Positions 33,762-44,675 of a stretch of 64,000 nt of DNA are shown in pieces. Position numbers and translations under genes: made by a program. How positions within the stretch are numbered: position 1 is the stretch's first letter; every line of letters starts with the position of its first letter. This stretch comes from Trypanosoma brucei. Taxonomy: Eukaryota. The notes under the pieces are model-generated. The model searched no databases, was not told the DNA's origin, and saw only the letters and a list, made by a program, of their open reading frames with translations. Where the stretch lies: NCBI GenBank assembly GCA_000002445.1, contig CM000208.1:1376001-1440000 (forward strand). Reading direction: 5' to 3'.

Positions 33762-34360
33762 CAACAGCGGGTGTATCTGTGTATCCCGTTCCGTTGTGAC
33801 GAAAACCCCAACTGGCTCTGCTGGAGGTGCTCATACAATGAGGGAAATGTGCACCAACCATGTGCAGATGTACGACGTGGTAATGTCCACCGTTTATGAA
33901 AAAGATGTTTAATTTTTTCCGTTCGGTTATGTTCGTTGTACGTGTTATGATTTTGTCGTATATTCTCTTGTTTACGCGCGATGCTGCTCATCAACCTCTC
34001 ACTGTCTGACAGCAACCCTTGGGTAAATGGAACAATATCCCCGAAACATCCCAAGGCTGTCTTAATTGTCTTAATTTCCTCTGTCTTGAATATAATTTCC
34101 TCTTTATGGTGTTATTGCCGTTTTAGTTGCTTTTCTCCAGAATTTGCCGTTAAGGAATTCGCTCCCTACTAAGGGTGCCAATATTCATATATGTCTCTTT
34201 GTTTTTGTTTTGCATTTGCGCTGTTGCGCCTGCAGTGCGCTTCTGTGATCGCACAGATACCTCTTCTTTCTGCACCCACTGAATTCTTTTGCCTCACGTA
34301 GTTTTTATTGGAAGGAACCGATTCGACCGTGAGAGCATCTCCGGTAACACCGTAATAGGA

Positions 34361-35368
34361 ATGCGAGGTCTAATAAAATCATTTAGCGGACGTTCAGCAC
34401 CCACAATCTCAACCGTCACTTTGCGGGCAAGCATATGCCACCCTGCGGGACCCCTTGCCGTTCCTAGCCGATTGCAGTCAACGTCTCCGATGGAGCAACT
34501 GATCATTAACGGCGCCGCATGGGAAAGCAGCAATTATTATCACAGACTTGGGTTTCAGGAGGCGGTACGGGACAGCAGCAGAATTAAGGAGCATTATCAC
34601 ATTCTAGCGAAGCACTTTCATCCCGACAACCCCAATGCACCACCCAACGCAACAGCGGCGTTTCAGAATATAAAGGAGGCATATGATCATCTCATGGAAG
34701 AAGTCAAAGATGAGGTTCCAAAAAGTCATCCGCACACAGGACATTCATATCGTTTTACCGACCACGAACGGCGGCAACAACAAATGCGTTTCCTAGGTGA
34801 AGGCATTGGCCTTTTTATGGCCATGACACTTGTTTTCATTTTTATTGTTTCGCGTCACAACAGTAACCGTGTCGAAGGACGCTACCTTGGCCATTTCGCC
34901 ATAATCTTTTTGACTATACAAGTATTCCCACGGCTTCTGGCGGCTGCGATTCTTTATGCCTGTCACTCGAACTATTTGGTAAGTATTGCTGAGCGCACGG
35001 AGCAGGCTGCGGTAAGTCTCATTGTGGAACAGCGGGAAAGCCATCTCGCCATACGTGCGGAAGGCATCGACAAAAGGGTGCGGGACCGTGTGGTTATGCA
35101 GGTGACGTATCCTCACAATGACGAACCTCGAAGGCACACCGAGGAGGGCAGTAAAGATAATGAAAATAACAATAAGAAGGAAACAGATACGAGGAAGGGT
35201 AATTTGGGAACCTCACCGCGAGTGCTCACTACAGTAACATTTGACTCAGGTGTAACGCAAGTTATTGTCCCTGCAACGCGTGCCGGCCGTGAACCTGCGG
35301 AGTGCCGCGTGAAGGTTGTGGATGAGGCGAGAGGTTTTGTTATTGTCGACCGTACATTTGAGATCTGA
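34361..35368 (+). CDS. DnaJ (J-domain) membrane protein. A J domain with an HPD motif is followed by two predicted TM helices. The N-terminus looks like a presequence.
   Basis: J domain YYHRLGFQEAVRDSSRIKEHYHILAKHFHPDNPNAPPNATAAFQNIKEAYDHL. Hydrophobic stretches FLGEGIGLFMAMTLVFIFIV and GHFAIIFLTIQVFPRLLAAAILY. The track start at 34289 is TTG. First ATG at 34361. Confidence 0.65.
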   Translation: MRGLIKSFSGRSAPTISTVTLRASICHPAGPLAVPSRLQSTSPMEQLIINGAAWESSNYYHRLGFQEAVRDSSRIKEHYHILAKHFHPDNPNAPPNATAAFQNIKEAYDHLMEEVKDEVPKSHPHTGHSYRFTDHERRQQQMRFLGEGIGLFMAMTLVFIFIVSRHNSNRVEGRYLGHFAIIFLTIQVFPRLLAAAILYACHSNYLVSIAERTEQAAVSLIVEQRESHLAIRAEGIDKRVRDRVVMQVTYPHNDEPRRHTEEGSKDNENNNKKETDTRKGNLGTSPRVLTTVTFDSGVTQVIVPATRAGREPAECRVKVVDEARGFVIVDRTFEI

Positions 35369-35397
35369 TTTGTCGGGGTGCTTGTATCATTATTGGC

Positions 35398-35400
<3 letters not shown>

Positions 35401-35430
<30 letters not shown>
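35401..35430. repeat. (TA)15 microsatellite. A second (TA)8 sits at about 35595-35611.
   Basis: tatatatatatatatatatatatatatata read directly. Confidence 0.85.
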
Positions 35431-35433
<3 letters not shown>

Positions 35434-36039
35434 TGCGCATTGGAGACGCCTGCGCTGTAGTGTCTTCGGAGAGAAATTGTTTTTAAACGCTTAACGAACG
35501 TTCGTGCATGTCGCCGCTGTTAACACAACCGCATGTATATTTTGTGGCGTCTCCGCACACGTCGCTTGTGGTAGACCATTATATTGTGCAACTTTATATA
35601 TATATATATATTGGGTAACCGCGGTTATAGTAACACTAAATCGTACCTTTTTTTAAAAAAAAGTTCTGTCACATCCGTCTCCAATCTTGTTATTTTATTT
35701 TTGGCGGCAAAGACTATGAGGGAAATCGTGGTGGGCGAAGGGCGGAAACAAGCGAGGAAGGAGATGTAACTTCCGCTTTATTTTGGTTTCAGTTCTGTTT
35801 GGCCGTTGGTCATCTCATCCCACCATTGGCGGTGGTTTTGTCTTCTGTATTTCTTCTCTAATATGCGTTGCTTCTCCCTTTTTTGTTTTCTTCTTTATTT
35901 CATCACATACGTCTTCCTCTTCCATTGCGATCCGCATTTACTCACATCGACGGGAAAGTGGCTAACGTTGGCGTGTTATCTCACGTGACTAACCGTGTGA
36001 CACACGAGACCCAACAAGAGCAGCGGTAAAAGTTATTGA

Positions 36040-36500
36040 CACAGCTCGACCAAAATCAAGAAAAACAAACGACCACGTGTGAAAGGTAAAACAAAAAAAA
36101 AGATAATAATAACGAAGAAAAAAGGAAAAAAAAATAGGGAAAAGGAATATTTTTCCCGGTTCTGATCACACTCTAGCGAGTCTTTTCCTCTCGGTGTTGT
36201 ATCCGGTGGCACAAACACGCAAAAAAGAAGTTAAAAATAAATAAAAATAAAGCCAAGGGTGGAATCCTGGGAGCGGAGAAGTCGTTAAAAAAATAATTCT
36301 TGAATAATTACAGTAACTTGTCACATCGACAAAAGGAAACGAAAGAGAAAAATAGGAGGAAAAGAGGAGTTGATACGGTAACAACAACAGTAAAGGGAAG
36401 GCAGATAAGTGGGATCAGTAAACAACCATCAAACACCGGCAACTGCTGTGATAGGCGAGTGTAACCACTAAAACAAGAAGAAAAAAAAGGGAAATTTCTA
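36040..36500 (+). other. About 460-nt purine (A/G)-rich block on the coding strand of the plus-strand unit, immediately upstream of the NAA15 gene.
   Basis: Runs such as aaaaacaaacgaccacgtgtgaaaggtaaaacaaaaaaaaagataataataacgaagaaaaaaggaaaaaaaaataggg. This is unusual because the other plus-strand intergenic regions here are pyrimidine-rich. Confidence 0.6.
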
Positions 36501-36516
36501 CACTTGTTGAGTGGCA

Positions 36517-38652
36517 ATGGCTACAACCTTGCCTTTACAGCAACAGCGACTCTTTGACAAACTCGCGCGCGATTTCGATGCACGGGAATATGCAAAGGGC
36601 CTGCGCACAGCCGACAGCATTCTGTCCGTCGTCCCCAACCACGCGGACACCCTCGCACTGAAGGGGTTGACGTTGCACCACATGGGTCGTAAGGAAGAGG
36701 GACGTGAAATCATCGAAAGCGCCCTCGGTTTCAACGATACTTCCACAGTTGTGTGGCATTCGCTCGGGATGTGCCACCGCGCAGATGATAATCACGTGGA
36801 GGCGCTGCATGCGTTCCAGAAGGCACACGAATACGGCCCATCGAACGTAAACGTTCTACGAGATATTTCATCAATCTGTGTACAATTGAGGGAGTGGGAG
36901 CAATTCGTGGACGTTCGCAGAAAGATGGTGACCTTAAGACCAGGCGTCCGCGCCAACTGGATTGCACTATCCTGTGGCCATCGCATGCTTGGAAACAAGG
37001 AATTGGCGGCTGCTGTGATAGACGTTATGACTACTATAATGGAAGCAGGAGATAACAGGGCGGAGAAGAGCGAAGTGCGCCTCTATCAGGTGGAACTAGA
37101 GTTGGCTTGTAATGCGCCTGCCCGAGCATTGGATCTACTGAAGAAACACAGCCAGGAGATCATCGATGAATACGAAAAGGCGTCTCTTCGCGCCAAAACT
37201 CACGCACTTCTCGGGCAAAAGGTGGAAGCTGAGAAATGGTACATGGAGCTCATCACCAGAGGAATGGCGGAGGCGGATTGCGTTGCCGCGATTGCCCAAT
37301 TGCGCAAGATTCCTCTTGACGCAGCCCGACGTCCAAAGCGTGATGTGGATAAATACCTAGAACTTCTTAAACAAGTTCAGGAAGTAAACCCCAAGAGTAA
37401 CTACGCCAAACGGCAGGTCCTGGAATGTGTGCCTATCGAGCAGTTCAGGGACCAACTTCGTGAATACGCGGGGATGTTCATAGTGAAAACCATTCCCTCG
37501 CTTTTCAGTGTTCTCAAATCACTTTATCAGTGTCCTGATCGCACACAGCATATTGGTGAGGTGTTCCATCAATGGGAAGAGGAACTCATGGCGGGAGATT
37601 TCTCAAGCTTCGGTGGAAAGAAAGATCCTACTTTTATTTTGTGGGTTTGGATGTATTTGGCTTCCCACTATTGCCGTATACGTGAGTTTGGACGGGCTTT
37701 GGAGTATATTGGCCGCGCCATCGACCACACACCAACGTTTGACCTTTTGTACCTCATGAAGGCGAAAATACAAGCGAAGAACAACCAGTTGGACGAAGCT
37801 GCGAAAACGGCCGATATGGCACGCCGGTTGGACCTACAAGACAAGTACCTCAACGGAAAGGCTGCCAAGTACTTCTTCCGCGCCAATAAGATTAGGGAGG
37901 GGGAAGCACTAATGCAAATGTTCTACAAGACCACTGAGGTACCTGACGATACATACCTTACTGCGCTGGAATCCCAGTGCGCATGGTATGAAAGAGAGGT
38001 AGGGGATGCGTATTATCGAATGGGTGACTACATCTCTGCACTATCAAATTACCTGATGTGCGAGAGCCACCACCAACGTAATCACAATGAATTGTCCGAG
38101 TTTCACAACTATGTATTTCGTAGGTGCACGATGAGGGCCTGGTTTAACGTGATCGCCTGTGACGACAACCTCGAAGAAAACAAATTCTTTCAGAAACTGT
38201 GCCCCCGTATCGTTAGGACATATATGAAGATTCATGAGGAAGGTGAGGAGGCTGTGCGAGCCAAATATGCTCCTAGACCAGAAGTGGGTAAGTATAGCGA
38301 TGTGGAGGAAGGAAAGCGTATCGCAAACCTGAGACGTACATTCTACTTGCACAACGTAGACATCTCCGATCCTCTCAAGAAAGCAGGGCGATATCTTCAG
38401 GCGTCCCTTCTGCACAATGCGCTGTCATCGGAGGTGCACCTCCTAGCAGTTGAGTTCTACACAATGTGCCGAATGCCCTTTCTCGTGGCACGTGAGTTGT
38501 TGATTTTGGCTAAGTTGAAATGTCCGTCGACGAATGAGCTTGTTACTCAGTTCGAAAACAACCTGTTTCGTGAAATGGCATCCAGCATGGATCCACGGGT
38601 GGAGTCCATAATCAAGGAAACGCTTACTACCGCTTTGGAAAAACTGAATTAA
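36517..38652 (+). CDS. NAA15: N-alpha-acetyltransferase A auxiliary subunit (NAA15/Nat1-like, TPR repeats).
   Basis: N-terminal LFDKLARDFDAREYAKGLRTADSILSVVPNHADTLALKGLTLHHMGRKEEGREI..VWHSLGMCHRADDNHVEALHAFQKA parallels human NAA15 ([53 protein letters not shown]). 712 aa. The track start is GTG. ATG at 36517. Confidence 0.8.
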   Translation: MATTLPLQQQRLFDKLARDFDAREYAKGLRTADSILSVVPNHADTLALKGLTLHHMGRKEEGREIIESALGFNDTSTVVWHSLGMCHRADDNHVEALHAFQKAHEYGPSNVNVLRDISSICVQLREWEQFVDVRRKMVTLRPGVRANWIALSCGHRMLGNKELAAAVIDVMTTIMEAGDNRAEKSEVRLYQVELELACNAPARALDLLKKHSQEIIDEYEKASLRAKTHALLGQKVEAEKWYMELITRGMAEADCVAAIAQLRKIPLDAARRPKRDVDKYLELLKQVQEVNPKSNYAKRQVLECVPIEQFRDQLREYAGMFIVKTIPSLFSVLKSLYQCPDRTQHIGEVFHQWEEELMAGDFSSFGGKKDPTFILWVWMYLASHYCRIREFGRALEYIGRAIDHTPTFDLLYLMKAKIQAKNNQLDEAAKTADMARRLDLQDKYLNGKAAKYFFRANKIREGEALMQMFYKTTEVPDDTYLTALESQCAWYEREVGDAYYRMGDYISALSNYLMCESHHQRNHNELSEFHNYVFRRCTMRAWFNVIACDDNLEENKFFQKLCPRIVRTYMKIHEEGEEAVRAKYAPRPEVGKYSDVEEGKRIANLRRTFYLHNVDISDPLKKAGRYLQASLLHNALSSEVHLLAVEFYTMCRMPFLVARELLILAKLKCPSTNELVTQFENNLFREMASSMDPRVESIIKETLTTALEKLN

Positions 38653-39518
38653 CCGAAGCGGGGTGTTTCACACTACTGCACACAAGCAGGTTTCCCGCTC
38701 AGCTCGCAAGGGGGAATAGGGTAGTGGAGGTGTCGTCATACAAAAACAGATGTGAGGGTGAGATAAACGTACCGAGTAATGGATGTAAGGGAAGGGGATG
38801 GCTCAAATGCAATATAACCCGATCACAACACAGACTGTGGTTGTTTCTGTGCAGCGTACACGTAGCGTGCATAAGGCCAGGTGAGTCCTCTACCGTTTTT
38901 CCAGGTAACGGCTCCCAACTTTCTCTCCCCACTTGTGTTTCCTTTGTGCTGAATCTTCTCTGGGTTACCTTTCATCGACTTCAGCTACATGGCCGCACTT
39001 CGTACTCCCTTATTCTATATACATAGTAGGCCAAGAACATTGAGTAGGCGCACGGTTTGTCCGACCGACCTAGCGAACGAAACAGGAAGGTAAAGCCAAA
39101 AACACATCAAAATAGCTGAGAATGTGTACATGTTATTATTTTTTTTCTTTTCACTGTATACGATAACGATGAAGTATCAGCAAACAAAGTGTATAAGACC
39201 TAGAGGATTTGCGGGGATCGCACACTGTGATGATGGCGTGTGCGGTGCCTAATGTGTCGCATTCGTACTACGAGGTTGTGCGTGTATGTGTGTGGGTAAT
39301 CATCCGCAATCTTTTACTGGAATCATTCTCACTGTTGCACGGGATGTAATATTTCATCTTCACTCCTTTGACTTATTGTTGTGGCAGAGGATGCTGAGGA
39401 GGATGTAGGAGTGCTCTTAAAGGAGATAGAGGAAGTGGAGAGGGTGTAGGTTGTTCTTGTTAATTGTATTTTAATATTAGTAATGTCTTGAGAGAAGTGT
39501 GTATTGTGTAGGTCTATG

Positions 39519-39540
39519 TATGTGTGTGTGTGGGGGGGGG
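39519..39540. repeat. (TG)6 followed by G9 homopolymer.
   Basis: tgtgtgtgtgtgggggggggag read directly. Confidence 0.8.
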
Positions 39541-39845
39541 AGAGATTGTTGGTAGTTGGGAGAAGGGATAGAAAGAAGAAATGAGGGCTCTACGTAAAGT
39601 ACTTTGTGTCAGTGTTGTAGTTATAAATAATACCCGTCACTAAAGTCCGTTGCCACTCAGCGGAGTGCCGCGGGTCGTCGCGGCAGGGTCAATAACCATC
39701 ACCCAAATAACAGGATACCAAGCACCTAACTGGATTATTGAACGGAACGTGTATAAATAGGTATAAAGGAACGGATGCGTGGATCAGCTGCGGTAATATT
39801 CCACCCTCTCCTTTGTTCTTTGTTCTTTAAAGAAGGGTCGGACCT

Positions 39846-41030
39846 ATGAAGGTGAATTGTTTTCTACCTTTGTTGCTGTCAGTCAGTTATTGCACTTTAG
39901 CCGACGATAGCGCGCTCACACTGAAGGCGGGGGAAAGTATCTGCAAACTGTCGAAAAGGTTGAAGTCAGTGTTCAAGTATGTAGACCGAAGAACGGATAT
40001 TGCCTTGGAAAAGATCTCCGATCTTGAGGATATGTTGGAAGTGGTGAAGTTTAAGATTGTGAAGGGAAGGTCGAATAATACGAATAGAGAGTGCAAGGAT
40101 GTCTCCGATTTTATTATGAGTAAAGCAACTTGGTTGATAAGAAAAGGGAGGAAGGAGGTTGATAGATTGAAATACGTGGGGCTTGCGGCAATTGGAAATG
40201 CGGGACTGGCGGCAGGGAGGTTAGATGAGATGGTCAATGTGTGGAGGAGGGTGTACAGTGCCGGTACTGGAAACTTTTGCATTGGGGATGAAGGGAATGA
40301 AACAAAGAGGACTGCACTTCCAGATTGCTATCTGACAGATTCGGAGAGGGATGACTTTACTGGGATTGATGAAGGGGACAGGTTAGAAGATATAAACAAT
40401 GTTACCGCTGATGCCTTTAATGAATTATTGGAGTTGCATACAGAGGATGATTTGTGGAGTAGCCCATTGACGAGTGGCATGGACGGTAAGGACTGCCGTC
40501 TAACAAATGCCAGGTCTGGCGGAGGTTACCTCGTCGGAGAGAGCCCATCTGGTAATTTGTTTTGGGGAGACGGGGTGCTTGGGGTGAAGAGGGGTAGCCG
40601 AGGGTATGACGGAAGGACGTCGAATGTAAGGAGCAAATTACTCATAAATGATGTAGTGTGGGAAGCAGACACTGTAGAGCATACCCCTATTATAAGGAAT
40701 GTACACGAAGACTTGCAAAATTTTTTTATCGACGCAGAAAAAATTGATGAATTGGTGGGGGAGACTGGGGATAAGTGGAATTGGGAGTTCTCTCATGAAA
40801 TTGGAAGTCACAGTGGTCATCCCTCAGAGTTTGATGATGAGGAGACTGACGATGTAGCGGACAACACATCGGCAGTGGAAGAGGCAGTAGGGAAGGCATT
40901 TGTGGGGTTGGGAAATAGGGAAGCGTTTCAGGAAGAGATGGTGTTGGAAGAGATGGCGTTGTGTGGAGAATGTAATATTTACACTTATTACCAGTTGTTT
41001 TTCTTAGTTTTCGTTCCTGTTTTTGTTTGA
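39846..41030 (+). CDS. Predicted surface protein. Signal peptide, helical N-terminal domain, Cys pattern, and a C-terminal hydrophobic tail (GPI-signal or TM-like). Paralog A of a tandem pair.
   Basis: MKVNCFLPLLLSVSYCTLA signal peptide. C-terminal YYQLFFLVFVPVFV. Motifs shared with the downstream paralog: CKLSKRLKSVF, AAGRLDEMVNV, GGGY, WGDGVLGV, NDVVWEA. Confidence 0.6.
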   Translation: MKVNCFLPLLLSVSYCTLADDSALTLKAGESICKLSKRLKSVFKYVDRRTDIALEKISDLEDMLEVVKFKIVKGRSNNTNRECKDVSDFIMSKATWLIRKGRKEVDRLKYVGLAAIGNAGLAAGRLDEMVNVWRRVYSAGTGNFCIGDEGNETKRTALPDCYLTDSERDDFTGIDEGDRLEDINNVTADAFNELLELHTEDDLWSSPLTSGMDGKDCRLTNARSGGGYLVGESPSGNLFWGDGVLGVKRGSRGYDGRTSNVRSKLLINDVVWEADTVEHTPIIRNVHEDLQNFFIDAEKIDELVGETGDKWNWEFSHEIGSHSGHPSEFDDEETDDVADNTSAVEEAVGKAFVGLGNREAFQEEMVLEEMALCGECNIYTYYQLFFLVFVPVFV

Positions 41031-41140
41031 ATCAGTTTCACTTGTTTTGCATCACCGTAGACCAGGTGTCTTTAACATGTGTATATCTTCGGTGGTGGTG
41101 TGTTAGCCTTCCGTGCTGATTTTTTTTTTTGATAGTAGAG

Positions 41141-42304
41141 ATGCTCAAGTTTGTTCTTGTGTTAATACTGATTATTGTTGGTGGTGACTATTGTTATCGT
41201 GGTAACGCTGGGGTGGCTTTGAAGTTGCAAGCCGTGAAGTCCGTGTGCAGAGCATCGAAAAAGCTTAAATCGGTTTTTACATTTGTGAAGGACAAACTGG
41301 AAAAAGCGGATAGAAACTTTTACGAGGTGAAACTGCTGCAAAAGCTACTCCGCTTGAAGCTTCTAACGGAATGGACTAAAGGAGAAAAGTGCGGGACAAT
41401 GAGGGTTTTTCTTACCAACATAAGGGCGAAGGAGAGAAATATGCGACGGGAACTGTCAGCCTTATGGAAAATGGGGAGGAGAGTTGTGGGTGAGGCAGGG
41501 ATTGCAGCTGGGAGACTGGACGAAATGGTGAATGTGTTCGCACAGTCGTACGGCAACGAAAGTGAAACGAAAACGTGTATTGGGGGTACAAATGGCAGTC
41601 CTATGGAGGTTTTGAAAAGGTGCTACGCTAACAATTCCAAAACAGGGGAATGGGAGTTCCTCACAATTACAGAGGGGGGAGAACTGTTTGACAACGAGTT
41701 TGAGACAAACTTGGAGACCACGCTTCACGTTATGTTGTCGCTTGGGAATAGAGCCGATCCGTGGTATGACTATGGAAAGGATATGGGGTGTCAACTCACT
41801 AAAGGAGCCCCTGGGGGTGGGTACATGAAGAGCCATAACCTCACAGAGAACATCATTTGGGGTGATGGCATACTCGGGGTGAGCAAAAATGGAAATGGAA
41901 CTACCGGCTCCAAAGGAAACACGAGAGATGGGAAATATGCTCACGATGTCGTGTGGGAAGCAGAACCCACGAAAAATAATCCCACTCTCCGCAGGGTGAT
42001 CAAAGATTTTAGTGCATTCGAAGAATTATTTGCGAAGGTGGAGTCTTCCCACAAGCTGTTAATAGATGCATTTCTCCAGGAGAAATTGTTTGCTGAGGAA
42101 TTCGAGGCTCTTGCGGTTAGAACTAAGAAGAAAAGAGTGATCATTGGCGGTTCCACCTCCACCAAAAATAAGCAGAACAATGCCTTGGGGGGTAGTGGTG
42201 CCGGCGATGATAACGAAGTGAGTATGGAAGAGTGGTTGTCGCAAGTGGATGGGGGAATTGTAGAAGAGAGGTTGTTGGCGGAGGAAATGAAGGAGTGTAC
42301 GTAA
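41141..42304 (+). CDS. Paralog B of the tandem pair. Signal peptide, helical domain and the same motif set, but no C-terminal hydrophobic anchor. It may be secreted or a decaying copy.
   Basis: MLKFVLVLILIIVGG signal peptide. CRASKKLKSVF, AAGRLDEMVNV, GGGY, WGDGILGV, HDVVWEA. Ends in EEMKECT. The track start at 41129 is TTG. ATG at 41141. Confidence 0.6.
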   Translation: MLKFVLVLILIIVGGDYCYRGNAGVALKLQAVKSVCRASKKLKSVFTFVKDKLEKADRNFYEVKLLQKLLRLKLLTEWTKGEKCGTMRVFLTNIRAKERNMRRELSALWKMGRRVVGEAGIAAGRLDEMVNVFAQSYGNESETKTCIGGTNGSPMEVLKRCYANNSKTGEWEFLTITEGGELFDNEFETNLETTLHVMLSLGNRADPWYDYGKDMGCQLTKGAPGGGYMKSHNLTENIIWGDGILGVSKNGNGTTGSKGNTRDGKYAHDVVWEAEPTKNNPTLRRVIKDFSAFEELFAKVESSHKLLIDAFLQEKLFAEEFEALAVRTKKKRVIIGGSTSTKNKQNNALGGSGAGDDNEVSMEEWLSQVDGGIVEERLLAEEMKECT

Positions 42305-43869
42305 ACTACCTTGCACAAATTGGATAAAACTGCTTACCTAATATACAAATACATGTTAATATTGGATATAGTAATGTTTCCCCACTGGATTGATATTTGG
42401 GGTTCCCTTTTTTAAATTAGTTTCTTTGTGTTAAAGTGCCTGTAACTTTGTGGAGATGTCCGCCAACGAAACTACGCTGTTGCTGTTGGTTGTTGTGAGC
42501 GTACATTCTCGTCGAAACGCTTTGAGAAAACGAATCACAAAAGAATATATGTCAGGGAGTTGGCTGCCGCCCACCAACCCTGCGACAAGGACGAATGTAT
42601 AATCCTCAGTTTTTGAAATACTGAAAACATTTGTTGCCATGACACTTCCTCATTCGACTGTTGGTCCGTAGATACATGGTAAAGTATATGATTTACTCCG
42701 TAATCCACTAAAAAATTTGGGAGGGTAATATATAAAAAGTTGTCCCTTTTTAAGATCAAAAAGTTGTTTGAGAGGTGGCGGAAGTCCGCAGTCGCCGAGG
42801 TTGGGGAAATTACACCACAGTGGGGCCCAGGGTACCAGTGGCAACTGGATAAGAGGCCTGTACAATCCAATTAAACAAGTATCGTGCATTTTCTTGTTTT
42901 GAAAATAATATTGTAACGTGGCAACCACATTAGTGAAGTAAAGTTAGTATGTTTATGCGTGCACCTCTTGTGAGAGCGGTAGAGGCGAGGTCGACGCAAC
43001 AATAGGGATCAAGTCACTGGACGCCCCCCTCAAAAAAAAAAAAAGTAAGTGATCTCTCACTTCTCAACCATTAGTGGCGCTGGAAACTTCAAACGGTTTC
43101 AAAGGCCTGACTAACCAGTAATGTTGAGGAATTCCAAGAAAAAAGGCAACGTCCTACACACGAGAATCGTCGTTGCGTGCCACATACGGCGTTTCACAAG
43201 CGCACACGTACCGAGCTATCGCATATTTTTCACACCAGTTGCATTGGACACAGTTTCATGTGAAGGGGCGACTCTCACCAAACAAAACAAAGCTGGAGAG
43301 AAACAACTCACTGCCAAATAAGTCACCACAGTCATGCCCCGGTTTACCACCCCTTTTCAGTCGCCCCTCGCCTGTCTGTGCTTTTGGATGCTCCCGCAGC
43401 ACAACAAGGTTTAACCGTACAAAACGATGTTGAATCGAGCTGTATTTCGCGATACGTCGGCAACATCCGCCAACTGGTTGAGTCTCAGTTACCTTCCGTT
43501 AACGTGCTACATGCGTTCTCCTTGTGACGGGGAAAGCAAAGGTTGACTTAGTGATACGACCAAGACGTCTGTTAGCGCCCATACCAACAACGACTAACCA
43601 GAAGAGCATTCACGTCCCACGTTGGCAAGTCGTTTAACTTCGTCCGATTACAAAGACAAGAAAAAAGTCTTTCATCCGCCTCGGCGTGGAAAGCGAGGAG
43701 GTCATCAGCATTTCAAGATTCCTAATCCTAACCTTATTAATAAACACGTTGCTCCCCAAACCACTAATTTCAAATTTACATTAGGGACGAAACTCTCGTT
43801 GGCAAACAAATCGCAATGTCTTAGCATAAAAGCAATCGCCAGACTATCGAAACGCGTACTGTTGTGTGT

Positions 43870-44675
43870 CACATTTTTATTTTCTAAAACAAAATTTTAT
43901 TGGTATTTGTGTGATAGAAGATCAACTAATGGACAAGCAGGAAATGTTGATTCTGTTATTTTCTTTACTGTTTCTTCGCAACCCAGCGGAAGCTTACATT
44001 TCGCGCTGGTATCTACGCCCGGATCGCGACCCGGATTGCACAGATTTGAAAGGCGTATCTGACGTTCTGACCATGATGCGTGATGCTGAAGTTGCCAAAT
44101 ACGCGACCAAAAATTGCACACAACTAAAGGGGGAGGACTCGCGTACAGGGAAGCAGACGGGCAACTGCACTATTTGCGTTGGTCATTACATCTGCCATTC
44201 TCTGTATAAATGTGTGAGTAAAGACTTTGTCAGGTTTTTTGGAAATGGTAGCCAGGAAGAACCCGCAAGCGAAGAAAAAAAGGACAACGAGTCGGCTCTA
44301 GATGCTGCAGACACTTCCTCCTCAGGAACTGGAACTGAGTCTCCTGAAGAAACTACTGGCGGTAGAACCAATGTTAGATCTAATGTGGAAGATGTGAATG
44401 ACGGTAAGGAGAATGTGACCTCTCCTGAAGAAGAAAGCAGGGGCGCTCCACACGGTACCGCGGTTCCCCCTCTCGAGGAAAGAAGCCCGAACCCTACTGA
44501 CAGAAACAACCTAACACGTAATCACGTCTTAACTCTATTTGCTGGAAAATTTTCAAGCAATTCTCAACTTGTGTTGAATTTAAACAATAAGATTATGCTT
44601 TCAACGTTATTTTTCTTGCTATAAAAAAGACGAGAGATAAACTAGTTTGCTAACTGAAAACAATCCAAAACCCCT
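43870..44675 (+). repeat. Tandem duplication unit 1 (about 0.8 kb). It covers the 5' flank, the small-surface-protein CDS and about 50 nt of 3' flank.
   Basis: Near-identical to 45145..45940 except for a central block of about 190 nt and a short block near the 3' end of the CDS. Confidence 0.8.
43929..44624 (+). CDS. Small Cys-containing, Ser/Thr/Glu-rich surface protein with a signal peptide and a C-terminal GPI-anchor-type hydrophobic tail (copy 1).
   Basis: MDKQEMLILLFSLLFLRNPAEA signal peptide. Four conserved Cys (NCT..NCTICVGHYICHSLYKC). N-glycosylation sequons. Acidic S/T-rich spacer. C-terminal NSQLVLNLNNKIMLSTLFFLL. ATG at 43929, set inside the track ORF that starts at 43866. Confidence 0.65.
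   Translation: MDKQEMLILLFSLLFLRNPAEAYISRWYLRPDRDPDCTDLKGVSDVLTMMRDAEVAKYATKNCTQLKGEDSRTGKQTGNCTICVGHYICHSLYKCVSKDFVRFFGNGSQEEPASEEKKDNESALDAADTSSSGTGTESPEETTGGRTNVRSNVEDVNDGKENVTSPEEESRGAPHGTAVPPLEERSPNPTDRNNLTRNHVLTLFAGKFSSNSQLVLNLNNKIMLSTLFFLL

Noticed and set aside
36033-36517. Several 60-80-aa minus-strand ORFs that are poly-F/L rich.
   Set aside because: They are the reverse translation of the A/G-rich block and are not coding.
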